DNA of 64,000 bases from NCBI RefSeq assembly GCF_963921235.1, contig NC_086097.1:111044001-111108000 (forward strand). The letters run 5' to 3'. The translations under genes and the position numbers were made by a program. This stretch comes from Mobula hypostoma. Its lineage: Eukaryota. Below are positions 49,351 through 61,845 of the stretch, piece by piece (the first letter of the stretch is position 1; each line of letters starts with the position of its first letter). A model generated the notes under the pieces. It saw nothing but the letters and a program-made list of their open reading frames with translations, ran no database searches and was not told the DNA's origin.

Positions 49351-50959
49351 CACAATGTATGCCAGTGATATTAAACCTGATTCTGATTATTCAAAATTGA
49401 CCAACTGGTATTCTGATTACACAGGGCTGATAATCTGATCAATTATAAGACCATAAGACAAGGGAGCAGAATTAGGCCAGCAGGCCCATCGAGTCTGTTC
49501 CACCATTTAATCATAGGTGATCCTGTTTTTTTTTTCTATCTCCTCCTCAACGCCAGTTCCCAGCCTTAGCACCCAGGCATGCCGTTTTCTCACTGTTACC
49601 ATCAGGCAGGAGATACAGAAGCCTGAAGGCATACACTCAGCGATTCAAGAACAGCTTATTCCCCTCTGCCATTCAATTCCTAAATGGACATTGAACACTT
49701 GGACACTAACTTACTTTTTTTTTATTTCTGTTTTTTATGTTTTTTTAATCTATTCAATATACATATACTGTAATTGATTTGCTTATTTGTTTTATTTAGT
49801 TTTTTTCTCTTCTAGATTATGTATTGCATTGAACTGCTGCTGCTGCTAAGTTAACAACTTTCACGTCACATGCCGGTGATAATAAACCCGATTCTGATTC
49901 TCCCCGTAGCCTTTGATGCCATGTCCAATCAAGAACCTATCAATCTCTGCCTTAAATATGCCCAACAACCTGGCCTCCACAGTTGCATATGGCAACAAAT
50001 TCCACAAATTCACAACCCTTTGGCTAAATTATGATTAACCCTTGGTATTAATGTTTAACCACAACTATATATGACTTCACTTAACAGTTGATTGAGCTTT
50101 TTCCAGACTGGATCTGTAAATAGTACTCTCAAGCAGGAGAAAGTGGTTTGCTGAAGAATATGAACTTATAGTCGCAGAAACGTACAAAATAGCAAGAGAT
50201 GATTCCATCCACTGTGCTTCTATTAGCTTGAGAAACACCAGATTATCTTAAAGCCAACTCTTATCCTCATCTTTAAATATCTAACTTTATTTTACAAAAT
50301 TTAGACATCCGGTTTCACTACCTCTTCAGGACTGGCTTCCTCTTTCTTATTTTCAACAAACCATAATCATAACTTATATACCCAAGCCCACCTCTGAGCA
50401 ATTAACCCAAAGCAGGTCCCCAGACAATGACACCAACCATCTTCTGTCTGACTAACCTCCAGCCCCTAATCACATTTTGCATCCCATCAAAGAGCCAAAT
50501 TTTGTCTCCATACTTCCCCCAAAACTTTGCATCTTACTTCTATATTGACAAGTCTCTGTTCCTCAACAAGCTATCTGCTGGAAAAACTATTTTTTTTTAA
50601 TTTCCTTCAGTCCCCACTTACAGTTCTTGATAAGGAAATAAGTTCCTTCGAGGAAAACATCTCATCAACTGAAAATGTGTAAATCAACAGTGTATTTCCC
50701 ATTGCTATTAACATAAAAGTTCTGTTTAGTTATGCATTGAAAGTTAGTAACACTTAAAGATATCAATGTAGATACCTGAAATAAATGCATTTTATATAAC
50801 ATATCTGAGAATAAAAAAACATCTCATGCACTTATGTATGTTTTCTAAGTAGTCTCTAATTGACAGAAATTATCTCGAAGGGTCTTGCTCAAATGGATAT
50901 ATCCACTTGTGGGAGAATCCACAATCTGGAGTCACTGTCTCAAGATTAGGGTTGACCCA

Positions 50960-51775
50960 AATTGTCTGATGACTCAGCAATAGCTGAATGTATAAAGGGA
51001 GGACCGGAGAATGACTACAGGGACCCAGTGGAGCACTTCGTCAAATGCTGCAAGCTGATTCATCTGCAGCTCAACATCAGTAAGACAAAGGAGATGGTGA
51101 CAGACTTTAGGAAGACTAAGCCTGCACTGCTTCCTGTACTATTGATGGTGAGGACATGGATGTGGTGAGGACCTACAAGTACCTCAGGGTGTTCCTGGAT
51201 GACAGAATTGAGTGGAGCACCAACACAGAGGCTGCATACAAGAAGAGCCAGATTTGCCTCTACTTGCTGAGGAGACTGAGTATGCAAGCCTCTCCTTCAG
51301 TCTGTTATCACCAGTACAAACTTCTATGCGGTGGTGTGCTGGGGCAATGGCATCAATACAGGTGATACCAACAGGCTCAAAAAACTGATTAGAAAGGCTG
51401 GCTCTGTTATAGGAGTCAAATTAGACACATTGGAAGCTGTGGTAGAACAAAGAACCCTACGGAAAATCCTGGAAATTCTGGACAATGTTTCTCACCCTCT
51501 GCATGCCAGCTTGACTGAACAGAGGAGCACTTTTAGTAATAGACTAAGACAACTGTAATGCTCTATGAGGTCATTCTTACCCTCAGCCATTAGGCTCTAA
51601 AATGAGTCAACCTATAGCCGGGGAAATGATGACCACCCCCCTCCCCCCCCCAAGAATGTTTTTGGTAACTTACTTTTTATTCTTTCTTCTTCTCTTCTAA
51701 TATTTATATCTGTGCACTTGTAATGCTACTGTGACACTCTAATTTCCTTTGGGATCAATAAAGTACCTATCTATT
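50960..51775 (+). mobile_element. Rex1/Babar RT 3' fragment
   Basis: SDDSAI and LNISKTKEMVTDFRK motifs; gggatcaataaagta 3' end. Confidence 0.8.
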
Positions 51776-54166
51776 TAAATAACAAGGTAAACAAATTTGA
51801 GGAAGAAGTCAGGATTGGGGGTTTTGTGAACCGCAAGGAAGGCTATTAAAGCTTGCAGTGTGATCTTGACCAGCTCAAATGGGTAGATGGAACTTAATGC
51901 AAACAACATTGCACTTTAGGAGGACAAACCAGGGCAAGAGTTACACAGTGAATGGAGGGGCACTGAGGTGTGCGGTAGAACAAAGGGCTCTGGGGAATAC
52001 AGATCCATAGCTCCTTGAATGTGGCACCACGGGTAGGTTGGGTCTTAAGAACTTTTGGCACAATGACCTCATAAATCATGAGGATAGGAGGAGAAAGGAT
52101 GAGAGCCAGTTAGATCAGGGGAGAAAGAAAACAAAAATAGTTGGGCAAAGAGGTGGAGTGGAACTTTGAAAATTTAACGTTTATGCCACCAGACTGAAGA
52201 CAACCTACACAGAATAAGAGGTGATGTTCCTCTAATTTTGTTTGGCCATTATCTAGCAGTGAAGGAGACTGTGGACAAACATGACTGGGTGGGTATGGGA
52301 TGTGAAGTTGAAATAGCTGGCCACTGGGCGATCCTGGCTGGCAGAGCAGAAAGTGAAAAAGTGCAGTCTCCGACCTACAGCAGAGGATTAGGGAAACTGG
52401 TGGGCTGGTTTTGCCCAGCTGCTATGGGGATGCAGGCATCTTGTGCCATATGGAAACTTGGTCCACAACCACATTTCCAACTTGTCTGATTATGAACAGT
52501 ACACTGGAATGAAACCCTGCCATAACTTGAAGAGCCCCTTTACGTCTGCAGACAGATATGCCACGGATCTCAGCAGAAGATCATTTTGATTAATCGATTA
52601 AGCCAATGAGCAAAAGTGTTGCAAAAAGGATAGAATAGACTACATTTTGTAAAGTCCAAAAAGATCTATGGATAATGTAGCTGTATGATCAAAATGATGA
52701 TGTGTAGAAAACAATCAAAAATGCAATGAAACAGAAGATATGCAAATTGTCCCACAGCTCGATTTGGGATGCCTAGTTTTTCTGCACACTTTACTTCAGG
52801 AAGAATATATAGGGTTGCAATCATAATCTCATGAGGTCATCTATCCCCCTCCTTTACTCCAGGGAAAACAAACTCAGATCACCCAATCAAGTCCCCAATC
52901 CAGACAATGTCCTCTGAATCACCTCTGCATTCTTTCCAGTGCAATTACATCCTTCCTGTAATGTGGCAACCACAACTGCACACAAAACTCCAATTGTGGC
53001 TTAAAAACTGATTTATCAAGTTGCAAAATAATGTCCCATTACTTAACATCTAAAAGGTAGCAGAGCACAGCACAGGAACGGGACCTTCGACCACCATGTC
53101 TGCAGAAACCATAAAGTCAAAAGAGAACTAATCCCACCTGCATGACGCATATCTCTATTCCCTTTCTGCTCAGACTTCTAAATGCTTTTTAAACATTGCT
53201 ATCATATCTGCTTCCACCATTTCCCCGGTAGCACTTTCCAGGCACGCACCTCCTTGTTTTAAAAAAATAGCTATATATGTCTTCTTTATACTTTCTTACT
53301 CCCCCATTTCACAGTTTGAACCTATGTCTACTAGCGTCTGATGTCCATCCTGAGGAAAATACTGACTGACGATCTACCTTATCTATGCCTCTGATCTTGT
53401 ACACTTCTACCAAGTCACCCTTCCAGAGAAAACAACGCAAGTTTGTCTAAGGGCTTCAAATAGTAAATTCTCTCAAATCCAAGGAAAATCCCCATGAATG
53501 CTTTCTGTGGCCTCTCCATATCCTTTCTGTAATGCAGTGACCAGAATTACACATATTACTTCAAATCTGCCCTGACCAATTTCATAGAGGGGCAATATGA
53601 CTGCCAGAAATCTCTGCTCAAAGCCTTAATCAATAAAGGTAAGTATGTCATAGGCCTCCTTTAAACCCTGTCTACTTAGATTACCACTCTTACCTCTGGA
53701 CTTGCACACAAAGATCCCTCTATGTATTAGAGCTGTTAGGTGTCCTTCCATTTATTGTATACTTTGCTCTTACATTTGACCTCTCAAGTGCCACCTGCCC
53801 GGAATAAAATTAATTTACCATTTCTCTGCTCACATTTCTATCTCGTCTACATGCTGCTGAATCTGTGCAGCCTTCCTCATTACTCAACTTCACCAATTTT
53901 TGTGTCTACTAATTTGCCCACCTGTATGTTCATCAAAATCGTATATCCGTATCATAGAGGTCCCAGCACTAATCACTGTCAAATGCCACAAGTCACAAAC
54001 CTCTAATCAGAGTAACACCCCTCCACTACTATCCTCTATCTTCAAAAGCCAAGCGAATTTTTTTATCTATTTACCAAGTCTCCATTGATCTCATGTGCCT
54101 TAATTCTCTGGATCAACCTGCACAAGGGACCTTGGGGAATGCTTTCTAAACTTCATGTAGACAACA

Positions 54167-54415
54167 TGCACCACAGTAGCATATTGACAAGACACTATTA
54201 TTGCTTGCGCGTTGTAGTTTGAAGTTCAATTCCAGCATCATCTTTAAGGAGTCTGTATGTCCTCCCTGGGTGCTCCCGTTTCCTCCCACAGAGCAAATAC
54301 ATACCAGGTAGGTTAACTGGTCATTGTAAATTGTCCCATCATTTGGTTAGGATTAAAATCTGGGTTGCTGAGGCAGCATGGCTTGAAGAGCTCTATTGCT
54401 AAATAAATAAATAAA
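54167..54415 (+). mobile_element. Degenerate V-SINE
   Basis: gggtgctcccgtttcctcccaca core; (taaa)n tail. Confidence 0.6.
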
Positions 54416-55244
54416 GCCCACTGCCCTACTTTTAATTGTCTTTGTCACCTCCTCAAAAACCCACTTAAGTTTTTTGGCACAAACTCCCACATACAAACCC
54501 ATGCCAGTTTGTGTAATCTATGTCTATGCTTTTCCAGATGAGAGTGGACCCCATCACTAAAAATCTTCTCCAATAATATCCCTACCAAGCATTTAAGGAA
54601 ATATGCCTTCTATCCCCTGATCAAGCATGCCATACACCAGAGTTGCATCCTTCATAGAACTATGGACTTAGACACAAAGATCTCTCATTTCATCCACAAT
54701 CCTTCATGCTTATCTTCAACTTCCAAAATCAAAACTCTCCTCCTCACTGACAATATCTCTCTATGCTTATGACTTTGTGGCCAGGTACAGCTCAAACACC
54801 ATCTATAAAATTCACTGATGACAGCACTGTTGTTGGCAGAATCTCACATGTCAATAAGAAATATACAGGAGAGAAAGAGATTGGCTGGGTGACTGGTGTT
54901 GCATTTAACATCAAGACCCAGGAATTAACTATGGACTCCAGAAATGGAAAGTCAGGAGAACACATTGAAGGGTCAGCAGTGGAAAGGATGAGCAGTTTTA
55001 AGTTCCTGGGTGTCAATATCTCACAGATGTTCCGTGGAGTGCATTCTGACTGGTTGCATAGCCATCTGGTATGAAGGTGCCACTGCATAGGATCGAAAGA
55101 GGCTCTAGCTGATGGTAATCTCAGCAAGCTCTGTCACAGCAAAATCCTCCCCAGCATCAAGGACATCATCCTCAAGGTAGCAGCATCCATCATTAAGGAC
55201 CCTGACCATCAGGGTATGCGTTTTTCTCATTACTATCGTCAATG

Positions 55245-57430
55245 ATATGAGATGATATGGATGCAATGGGAGGCAAGGATCACTAAAAAGGTAGTCCTGA
55301 GCAAACCAGCGGGCCTAAAGATAGACAAGTCCTCTAGTCCTGATGGAATGCATCCCAGGCTACTGAAAGAAATGGCAGAGATCATACAGGGTTTGGTGAT
55401 AATTTACCAAAATTCTCTGGACTCTGGACAGGTCCCAGGAGATTAAAAGAAGGCGACTGTCCCGCCACTGTTCAAAAAAACAGGATGTAGGTAAAAGACA
55501 GGTTAGTTAGTTTAATATCTGTAGTTGGAAAAATGCTTGAAGCTATCATTAAAGAAGTAGCGAGGCATCTGGAAAGAAATGGATCCAACATGCAGATGCA
55601 GCACGGATTCAACAAAGGCAGGTCCTGGCTGTCAAACTTACCGGAGTTCTCTGAGGATATAACAAGTGCAGTGGATAGAGGGGAACAGATGGCCATTATT
55701 TACTTGGAGTTCCAGAATGCATTCAATAAGGTGCCACATAAAAGACTTATAAAGATAAGGATGCACAGAGCTAGTGGTGATGTATCAGTGTAGCGTGCTG
55801 TAAGGATTCACTGCTAATGTAATGGCTTCTTTGTAATGTTTCACTGCTAAGGCTAACGTAATGGCTTCTCTGTAATGTTCACTGCTGAGGTAACCGTTTC
55901 TCTGTAGCAGCAATTTTTGGGTTATGGCTGGAGATAACAGGACTGTGGTATTGCATGTTAGCCAATCGGAGATTGTTGCTTTGTCTTGTGTACCTGGAAG
56001 GACGTTTATTCATGGTCTTTTGTCGAGGAAAGATGAAGAAGGAAGACGCATGTGGAGAGGGCTGGTAGAACACTGGACAGAGTGGACTGGGATCTGACGG
56101 GCCGAAAATTGGCGACGCTCGGAGGAGACCGATGGTGGAAGAACGACTACTGAGTGAGCTCCAACGTGAATTTTGGACTTTTCCTTGAATTGGGCCCTTT
56201 TTTTTATTTTCATTACTAACCCTATATTCGGATTAAGATTCATAAAATTCAATCGTTTAATTGCATATGGTGTACCGTCTGATATTTTGCGTTGTGGGTT
56301 TATAACTAGGTGGTACATTACAGAGCATCCACACAAACGTGATTTCCAAGTTTGGCGGGGCCAAAGGTTGTTTCCCCTGGATGAACACGAACCGGGCGAG
56401 CCTGAGGGTTACATTAGCATGGATCGAAGATTGGTTAACTAATAGAAAGCGGAGAGATGGGATAATGAGTGTTTCCCTGGTTGGCAATCATCAGGGGTTG
56501 GTGCTGGATCCGTAGCTGTTAACAATATACATTAACGGTCTGGGAAATGGGGCCATGTGTAGTGTATCTAAGTTTGCTGATGACACTAAATTGAGTGGAA
56601 AAGCAAATTGTGCAGAGGATATAGATAAGTTAAGTGAGTGGGCAAGGGTCTGGTAGATGGAGTACAATGTTAGTAAATGCGAGGCTACCCACTTTGGAAG
56701 GAAAAATGGAAGATCAGGTTAGTATTTAAATGGTAAAAGATTACAGCATGCTGCTTGGGAGTGCTTGTGCATGAATCGCAAAAGGTTGGTTTGCAGGTGC
56801 AGCAGGCTCCCAAGGCGGCAAATGGAATCTTGGTCTTCATTGCTAAAAGGATTGAATTTAAGAGCAGGGAGGTTATGCTGCAACTATATAGGGTACTGGC
56901 GAGAACACATCTGGAATACTGCGTGCAGTTCTGGTCTCCTTACTTAAGCAAGAATATACTGGCTCTGGAGGCGGTGCAGAAGTTCACCAGGTTGATTCCA
57001 GAGATGAGGGGGTTAGACTATGGGGAGAGATTGAGTCGCCTAGGACTGTACTTGCTGGAATTCAGAAGGATGACAGGAGTTCTTATAGAAACATAAAATT
57101 TTGAAAGGGATAGATAAGATAGAATCAGTAAAGTTGTTTCCACTGGTGGGAGAAACTAGAATTAAGGGATTCAGGGGAGAAACTGCTTTTCCCAAAGAGT
57201 GGTGAATTTGTGGAATTCTCTGCCCAATGAAGCAGTGGCAGCTACTTCAATTAATATATTTAAGACAAGATTGGATAGATTTTTGCATAGTTGGGGAATT
57301 AAAGATTATGGGGAAAAGGCACGCAAGTGGAGATGAGTCCATGGTCAGATAAGCCAAGATATTATTGAACGGCAGAGCAGGTTCAAGGGCCAGATGGCCT
57401 ACTCCTGTTCCTATTTCTTATGTACTTATG
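55245..57430 (+). mobile_element. 5'-truncated CR1 interrupted by a solo LTR
   Basis: PDGMHPRLLKE, QHGFNKGRSWL and HLEYCVQFWSPY motifs. Confidence 0.85.
55789..56413. mobile_element. Solo LTR, 625 bp
   Basis: TGTAGC...GTTACA termini; TSD tcag/ttag (one mismatch); CR1 continuity across it; internal tandem repeats at 55808-55910. Confidence 0.75.
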
Positions 57431-57781
57431 TTCAAAGAGACAGTACAGGAGCGTAAGCTTCTTCCACTCTATCAGATTTCTGAAACAGCCCATGAACACT
57501 CACCCACTATTACTCATTTGCACTATTAATTTTTTAATTGTGACTGGACTTTTTAAATTATATCTTTGCACTGTACTGCTGTCACAAAAGCAAATTTCAA
57601 GACATAGTGATAATAAACCTGATTCTGATTTTGAAATAAAACTGCATTTCTCATTATTCTGCAAACCAGAGGATGGATGTGTATAACAACAGGAATTCTG
57701 CAGATGCTGGAAATTCAAGCAACACACATAAAAGTTGCTGGTGAACGCAGCAGGCCAGGCAGCATCTATAGGAAGAGGCGC

Positions 57782-57817
57782 AGTCGACGTTTCAGGCCGA
57801 GACCCTTCGTCAGGACT
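57782..57817 (-). ncRNA. Minimal hammerhead ribozyme in the 3' pLTR (predicted cut between 57786 and 57785)
   Basis: AGTC-CTGACGA-A-GGGT-CTCG-GCCT-GAAAC-GTC-GACT; stem I AGTC/GACT; loopless palindromic stem III ACGT. Confidence 0.8.
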
Positions 57818-58111
57818 AACTGAAGGAAGAGTGAGTAAGGGATTTGAAAGCTGGAGGGGGAGGGGGAGATGCAAAATGATAGGAGAAGACAGGAGGGGGA
57901 GGGATGGAGCCGAGAGCTGGACAGGTGATAGGCAGAAAGGGATACGAGAGGATCATGGGACAGGAGGTCCGGGAAGAAAGACGGGGGGGGGGGTGACCCA
58001 GAGGATGGGCAAGAGGTATATTCAGAGGGACAGAGGGAGAAAAAGGAGAGTGAGAGAAAGAATGTGTGCATAAAAAAGAGTAACAGATGGGGTACGAGGG
58101 GGAGGTGGGGC

Positions 58112-61100
58112 CTAGCGGAAGTTAGAGAAGTCAATGTTCATGCCATCAGGTTGGAGGCTACCCATACGGAATATAAGGTGTTGTTCCTTCAACCTGAGTG
58201 TGGCTTCATCTTTACAGTAGAGGAGGCCGTGGATAGACATGTCAGAATGGGAATGGGATGTGGAATTAAAATGTGTGGCCACTGGGAGATCCTGCTTTCT
58301 CTGGCGGACAGAGCGTAGATGTTCAGCAAAGCGGTCTCCCAGTCTGCGTCGGGTCTCACCAATATATAAAAGGCCACATCGGGAGCACCGGACGCAGTAT
58401 ATCACCCCAGTCGACTCACAGGTGAAGTGATGCCTCACCTGGAAGGACTGTTTGGGGCCCTGAATGGTGGTAAGGGAGGAAGTGTAAGGGCATGTGTAGC
58501 ACTTGTTCCGCTTACACGGATAAGTGCCAGGAGGGAGATCAGTGGGGAGGGATGGGGGGGACGAATGGACAAGGGAGTTGTGTAGGGAGCGATCCCTGCG
58601 GAATGCAGAGAGAGGGGGGGAGGGGAAGATGTGCTTAGTGGTGGGATCCCGTTGGAGGTGGCGGAAGTTACGGAGAATAATATGTTGGACCCGGAGGCTG
58701 GTGGGGTGGTAGGTGAGGACCAGGGGAACCCTATTCCTAGTGGGGTGGTGGGAGGATGGAGTGAGAGCAGATGTACGTGAAATGGGGGAGATGCGTTTAA
58801 GAGCAGACTTGAGAGTGGAGGAAGGGAAGCCCCTTTCTTTAAAAAATGAAGACATCTCCCTCGTCCTAGAATGAAAAGCCTCATCCTGAGAGCAGATGCG
58901 GCGGAGACGGAGGAATTGCAAGAAGGGGATGGCGTTTTTGCAAGAGACAGGGTGAGAAGAGGAATAGTCCAGATAGCTGTGAGAGTCAGTAGGCTTATAG
59001 TAGACATCAGTGGATAAGCTGTCTCCAGATACAGAGACAGAAAGATCTAGAAAGGGGAGGGAGGTGTCGGAAATGGACCAGGTAAACTTGAGGGCAGGGT
59101 GAAAGTTGGAGGCAAAGTTAATAAAGTCAACGAGTTCTGCATGCGTGCAGGAAGCAGCGCCAATGCAGTCGTCGATGTAGCGAAGGAAAAGTGGGGGACA
59201 GATACCAGAATGGGCACGGAACATAGATTGTTCCACAAACCCAACAAAAAGGCAGGCATACCTAGGACCCATACGGGTGCCCATAGCTACACCTTTAGCT
59301 TGGAGGAAATGGGAGGAGCAAAAGGAGAAATTATTAAGAGTAAGGACTAATTCTGCTAGACGGAGCAGAGTGGTGGTAGAGGGGAACTGATTAGGTCTGG
59401 AATCCAAAAAGAAGCGTAGAGCTTTGAGACCTTCCTGATGGGGGATGGAAGTATATAGGGACTGGACATCCATGGTGAAAATAAAGCGGTGGGGGCCAGG
59501 GAACTTAAAATCATCGAAAAGTTTAAGAGCGTGAGAAGTGTCACGAACATAGGTCGGAAGGGATTGAACAAGGGGTGATAAAACAGTGTCGAGGTATGCA
59601 GAAACGAGTTCGGTGGGGCAGGAGCAAGCTGAGACAATAGGTCGGCCAGGACAGGCAGGTTTGTGGATCTTGGGTAGGAGGTAGAAACGGGAAGTGCGGG
59701 GTGTGGGAACTATAAGGTTGGTAGCAGTGGATGGGAGATCCCCTGAGCGGATAAAGTCGTTGATAGTGTGGGAGACAATGGCCTGGTGCTCCTTAGTGGG
59801 GTCACGATCGAGGGGTAAATAAGAGGAGGTATCCGCGAGTTGGCGCTGTGCCTTGGCAAGGTAGAGGTCAGTACGCCAGACTACAACAGCACCCCCTTTA
59901 TCAGCGGGTTTAATAATAATGTTAGGATTAGTGCGGAGGGAGTGGAGAGCAGAGCGTTCCGAAGGAGTGAGGTTGGAATGGGGACAAGGTGCGGTGAAGT
60001 CGAGACGGTTATGTCCCGTCGGCAGTTGGCAATAAAGAGATCCAGAGCAGGCAGAAGACCAGAGCGGGGTGTCCATGAAGAAGAGGAGGGTTGAAGACGG
60101 GAGAAGGGGTCATCGGTGGGGGTGGAAGAGTCCTTGCCGAAGAAGTAGGCTCGGAGACGGAGACGGCGGAAGAAAAGTTCCGCATCATGGCGAACACGGA
60201 ACTCGCTGAGGTGTGGGCGAAGGGGGACAAACGTGAGGCCCTTACTGAGAACAGAGCGTTCTGCCTCCGACAGTTGAAGGTCGGAGGGGATGGTAAAGAC
60301 CCGGCACGGATGAGAGCTGGGATCAGAGGGGGGAGGGGGGAGGCTGGGGGTGTCAATGGAGAGGGGAGGGTTGGGGTGAGAGGAAGATGGAGCCTCTGAG
60401 GGCCCAGGAGTTGACGGTGGGATCTGAGGAAGACGGGGCTGCGGAGTGGTGGTGGGGGAAGGGGAGACGGGAGTCACAACAGCAGCACATAAAGACCCGG
60501 CCTGGAGTTCAAGGCTGGAGTCGCAGTTGGTGGTTGCGCAATCGCTGTGAAGGTGTCCGTGGTCGTTGCTGGAGTCCGGGTTTTGAATATGTCCTGAGGT
60601 GTTGGAGCCGCCGAGATCAACGGCAGTGGCCGCAACCGAAAGTTCATGCCTGCTAGCGTCGGGGCCGGCAGGCTCTGGAGTCCGTAGATGTAAGATCTTG
60701 CGATCTTTGCCTAACATGACAAAGTCAAAGAAACGGCGATTGCAGGCGTGGATCCGACGGAGGATGAAATAGCGGGTAGGACCATTACAGACGGCGAAGA
60801 AAGTGTCCCGAAGGTGTGGAAGGGTCTGGGATAGGGACACCAAGTACCTCCTCATGGCGGACAGCGTCGCCTTCAGAGCTTGACGGGAGAAGCGGCGAGA
60901 GGCAGAGTCAATAAAATGTGAGTACCTGGGATCCTCAGAAGGTCCAAATTGAGAGGCTTGGAAACGAATCCTAAAGCCAACTGGAGTAAGTTGGCGACGG
61001 AGGCATGTTCCAAGAAAGGATACATGGCTGTGATAGCGAGTTTGAGTCAAAGTCTGGTCGAAAAGTTGAAGAGCCGAAGAAATCACAGATGGGGAGCAGT

Positions 61101-61161
61101 GAGAGATGGTTTCACTGAACTCCCGTCGAAGAGAGGATCTAAACTTCTTCGGTGTAGGCAT
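58112..61161 (-). pseudogene. Penelope RT plus GIY-YIG ORF (~1016 aa if restored) with a single 1-nt deletion near 60010
   Basis: MPTPKK start; IIKPADKGG, YLLPKIHK, GRPIVS, MDVQSLYTSI, GVAMGT, RYIDD; linker CKRNKCYTC; VIYCVRCSRCGLLYIGET...FAEH. Frames join as ANCRRDI/NRLDF if one base is added. Confidence 0.92.
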
Positions 61162-61295
61162 CACCGGAAGAGGCTTCGCAGTAGTGAATTTAAACGCAAA
61201 CAACAGGAATTCTGCAGATGCTGGAAATTCAAGCAACACACATAAAAGTTGCTGGTGAACGCAGCAGGCCAGGCAGCATCTATAGGAAGAGGCGC

Positions 61296-61331
61296 AGTCG
61301 ACGTTTCAGGCCGAGACCCTTCGTCAGGACT
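61296..61331 (-). ncRNA. Minimal hammerhead ribozyme in the 5' pLTR (predicted cut between 61300 and 61299)
   Basis: Identical to 57782-57817; about 140 nt upstream of the ORF ATG. Confidence 0.8.
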
Positions 61332-61845
61332 AACTGAAGGAAGAGTGAGTAAGGGATTTGAAAGCTGGAGGGGGAGGGGGAGATGCAAAATGATAGGAGA
61401 AGACAGGAGGGGGAGGGATGGAGCCGAGAGCTGGACAGGTGATAGGCAGAAGGGGATACGAGAGGATCATGGGACAGGAGGTCCGGGAAGAAAGACGGGG
61501 GGGGGGGTGACCCAGAGGATGGGCAAGAGGTATATTCAGAGGGACAGAGGGAGAAAAAGGAGAGTGAGAGAAAGAATGTGTGCATAAAAAAGAGTAACAG
61601 ATGGGGTACGAGGGGGAGGTGGGGCCTAGCGGAAGTTAGAGAAGTCAATGTTCATGCCATCAGGTTGGAGGCTACCCATACGGAATATAAGGTGTTGTTC
61701 CTCCAACCTGAGTGTGGCTTCATCTTTACAGTAGAGGAGGCCGTGGATAGACATGTCAGAATGGGAATGGGATGTGGAATTAAAATGTGTGGCCACTGGG
61801 AGATCCTGCTTTCTCTGGCGGACAGAGCGTAGATGGATGTGTATA

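Larger units (their letters stand above)
57686..61835 (-). mobile_element. Near-intact Penelope-like element (Neptune-type), partial tandem with direct pLTRs
   Basis: 637-bp direct repeats at 57685-58321 and 61199-61835 (unit 3514 bp); TSD gatggatgtgtata at 57672-57685 and 61832-61845. Confidence 0.95.

Noticed and set aside
50080..50160. Possible upstream GOLGA4 exon after ttcttcag
   Set aside because: No recognisable peptide match or convincing donor; earlier exons are probably beyond the window.
57735..58073. Recurrent MLVNAAGQAAS... ORFs (also 32633, 35736, 61249, 61990)
   Set aside because: Antisense frames of the pLTR with non-ATG starts and lengths that shift with homopolymer indels; no sign of coding constraint.
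59881..60076. Two overlapping Penelope ORFs as a programmed frameshift
   Set aside because: Penelope elements normally have one ORF, there is no slippery site, and a single-base deletion or sequencing error explains it.
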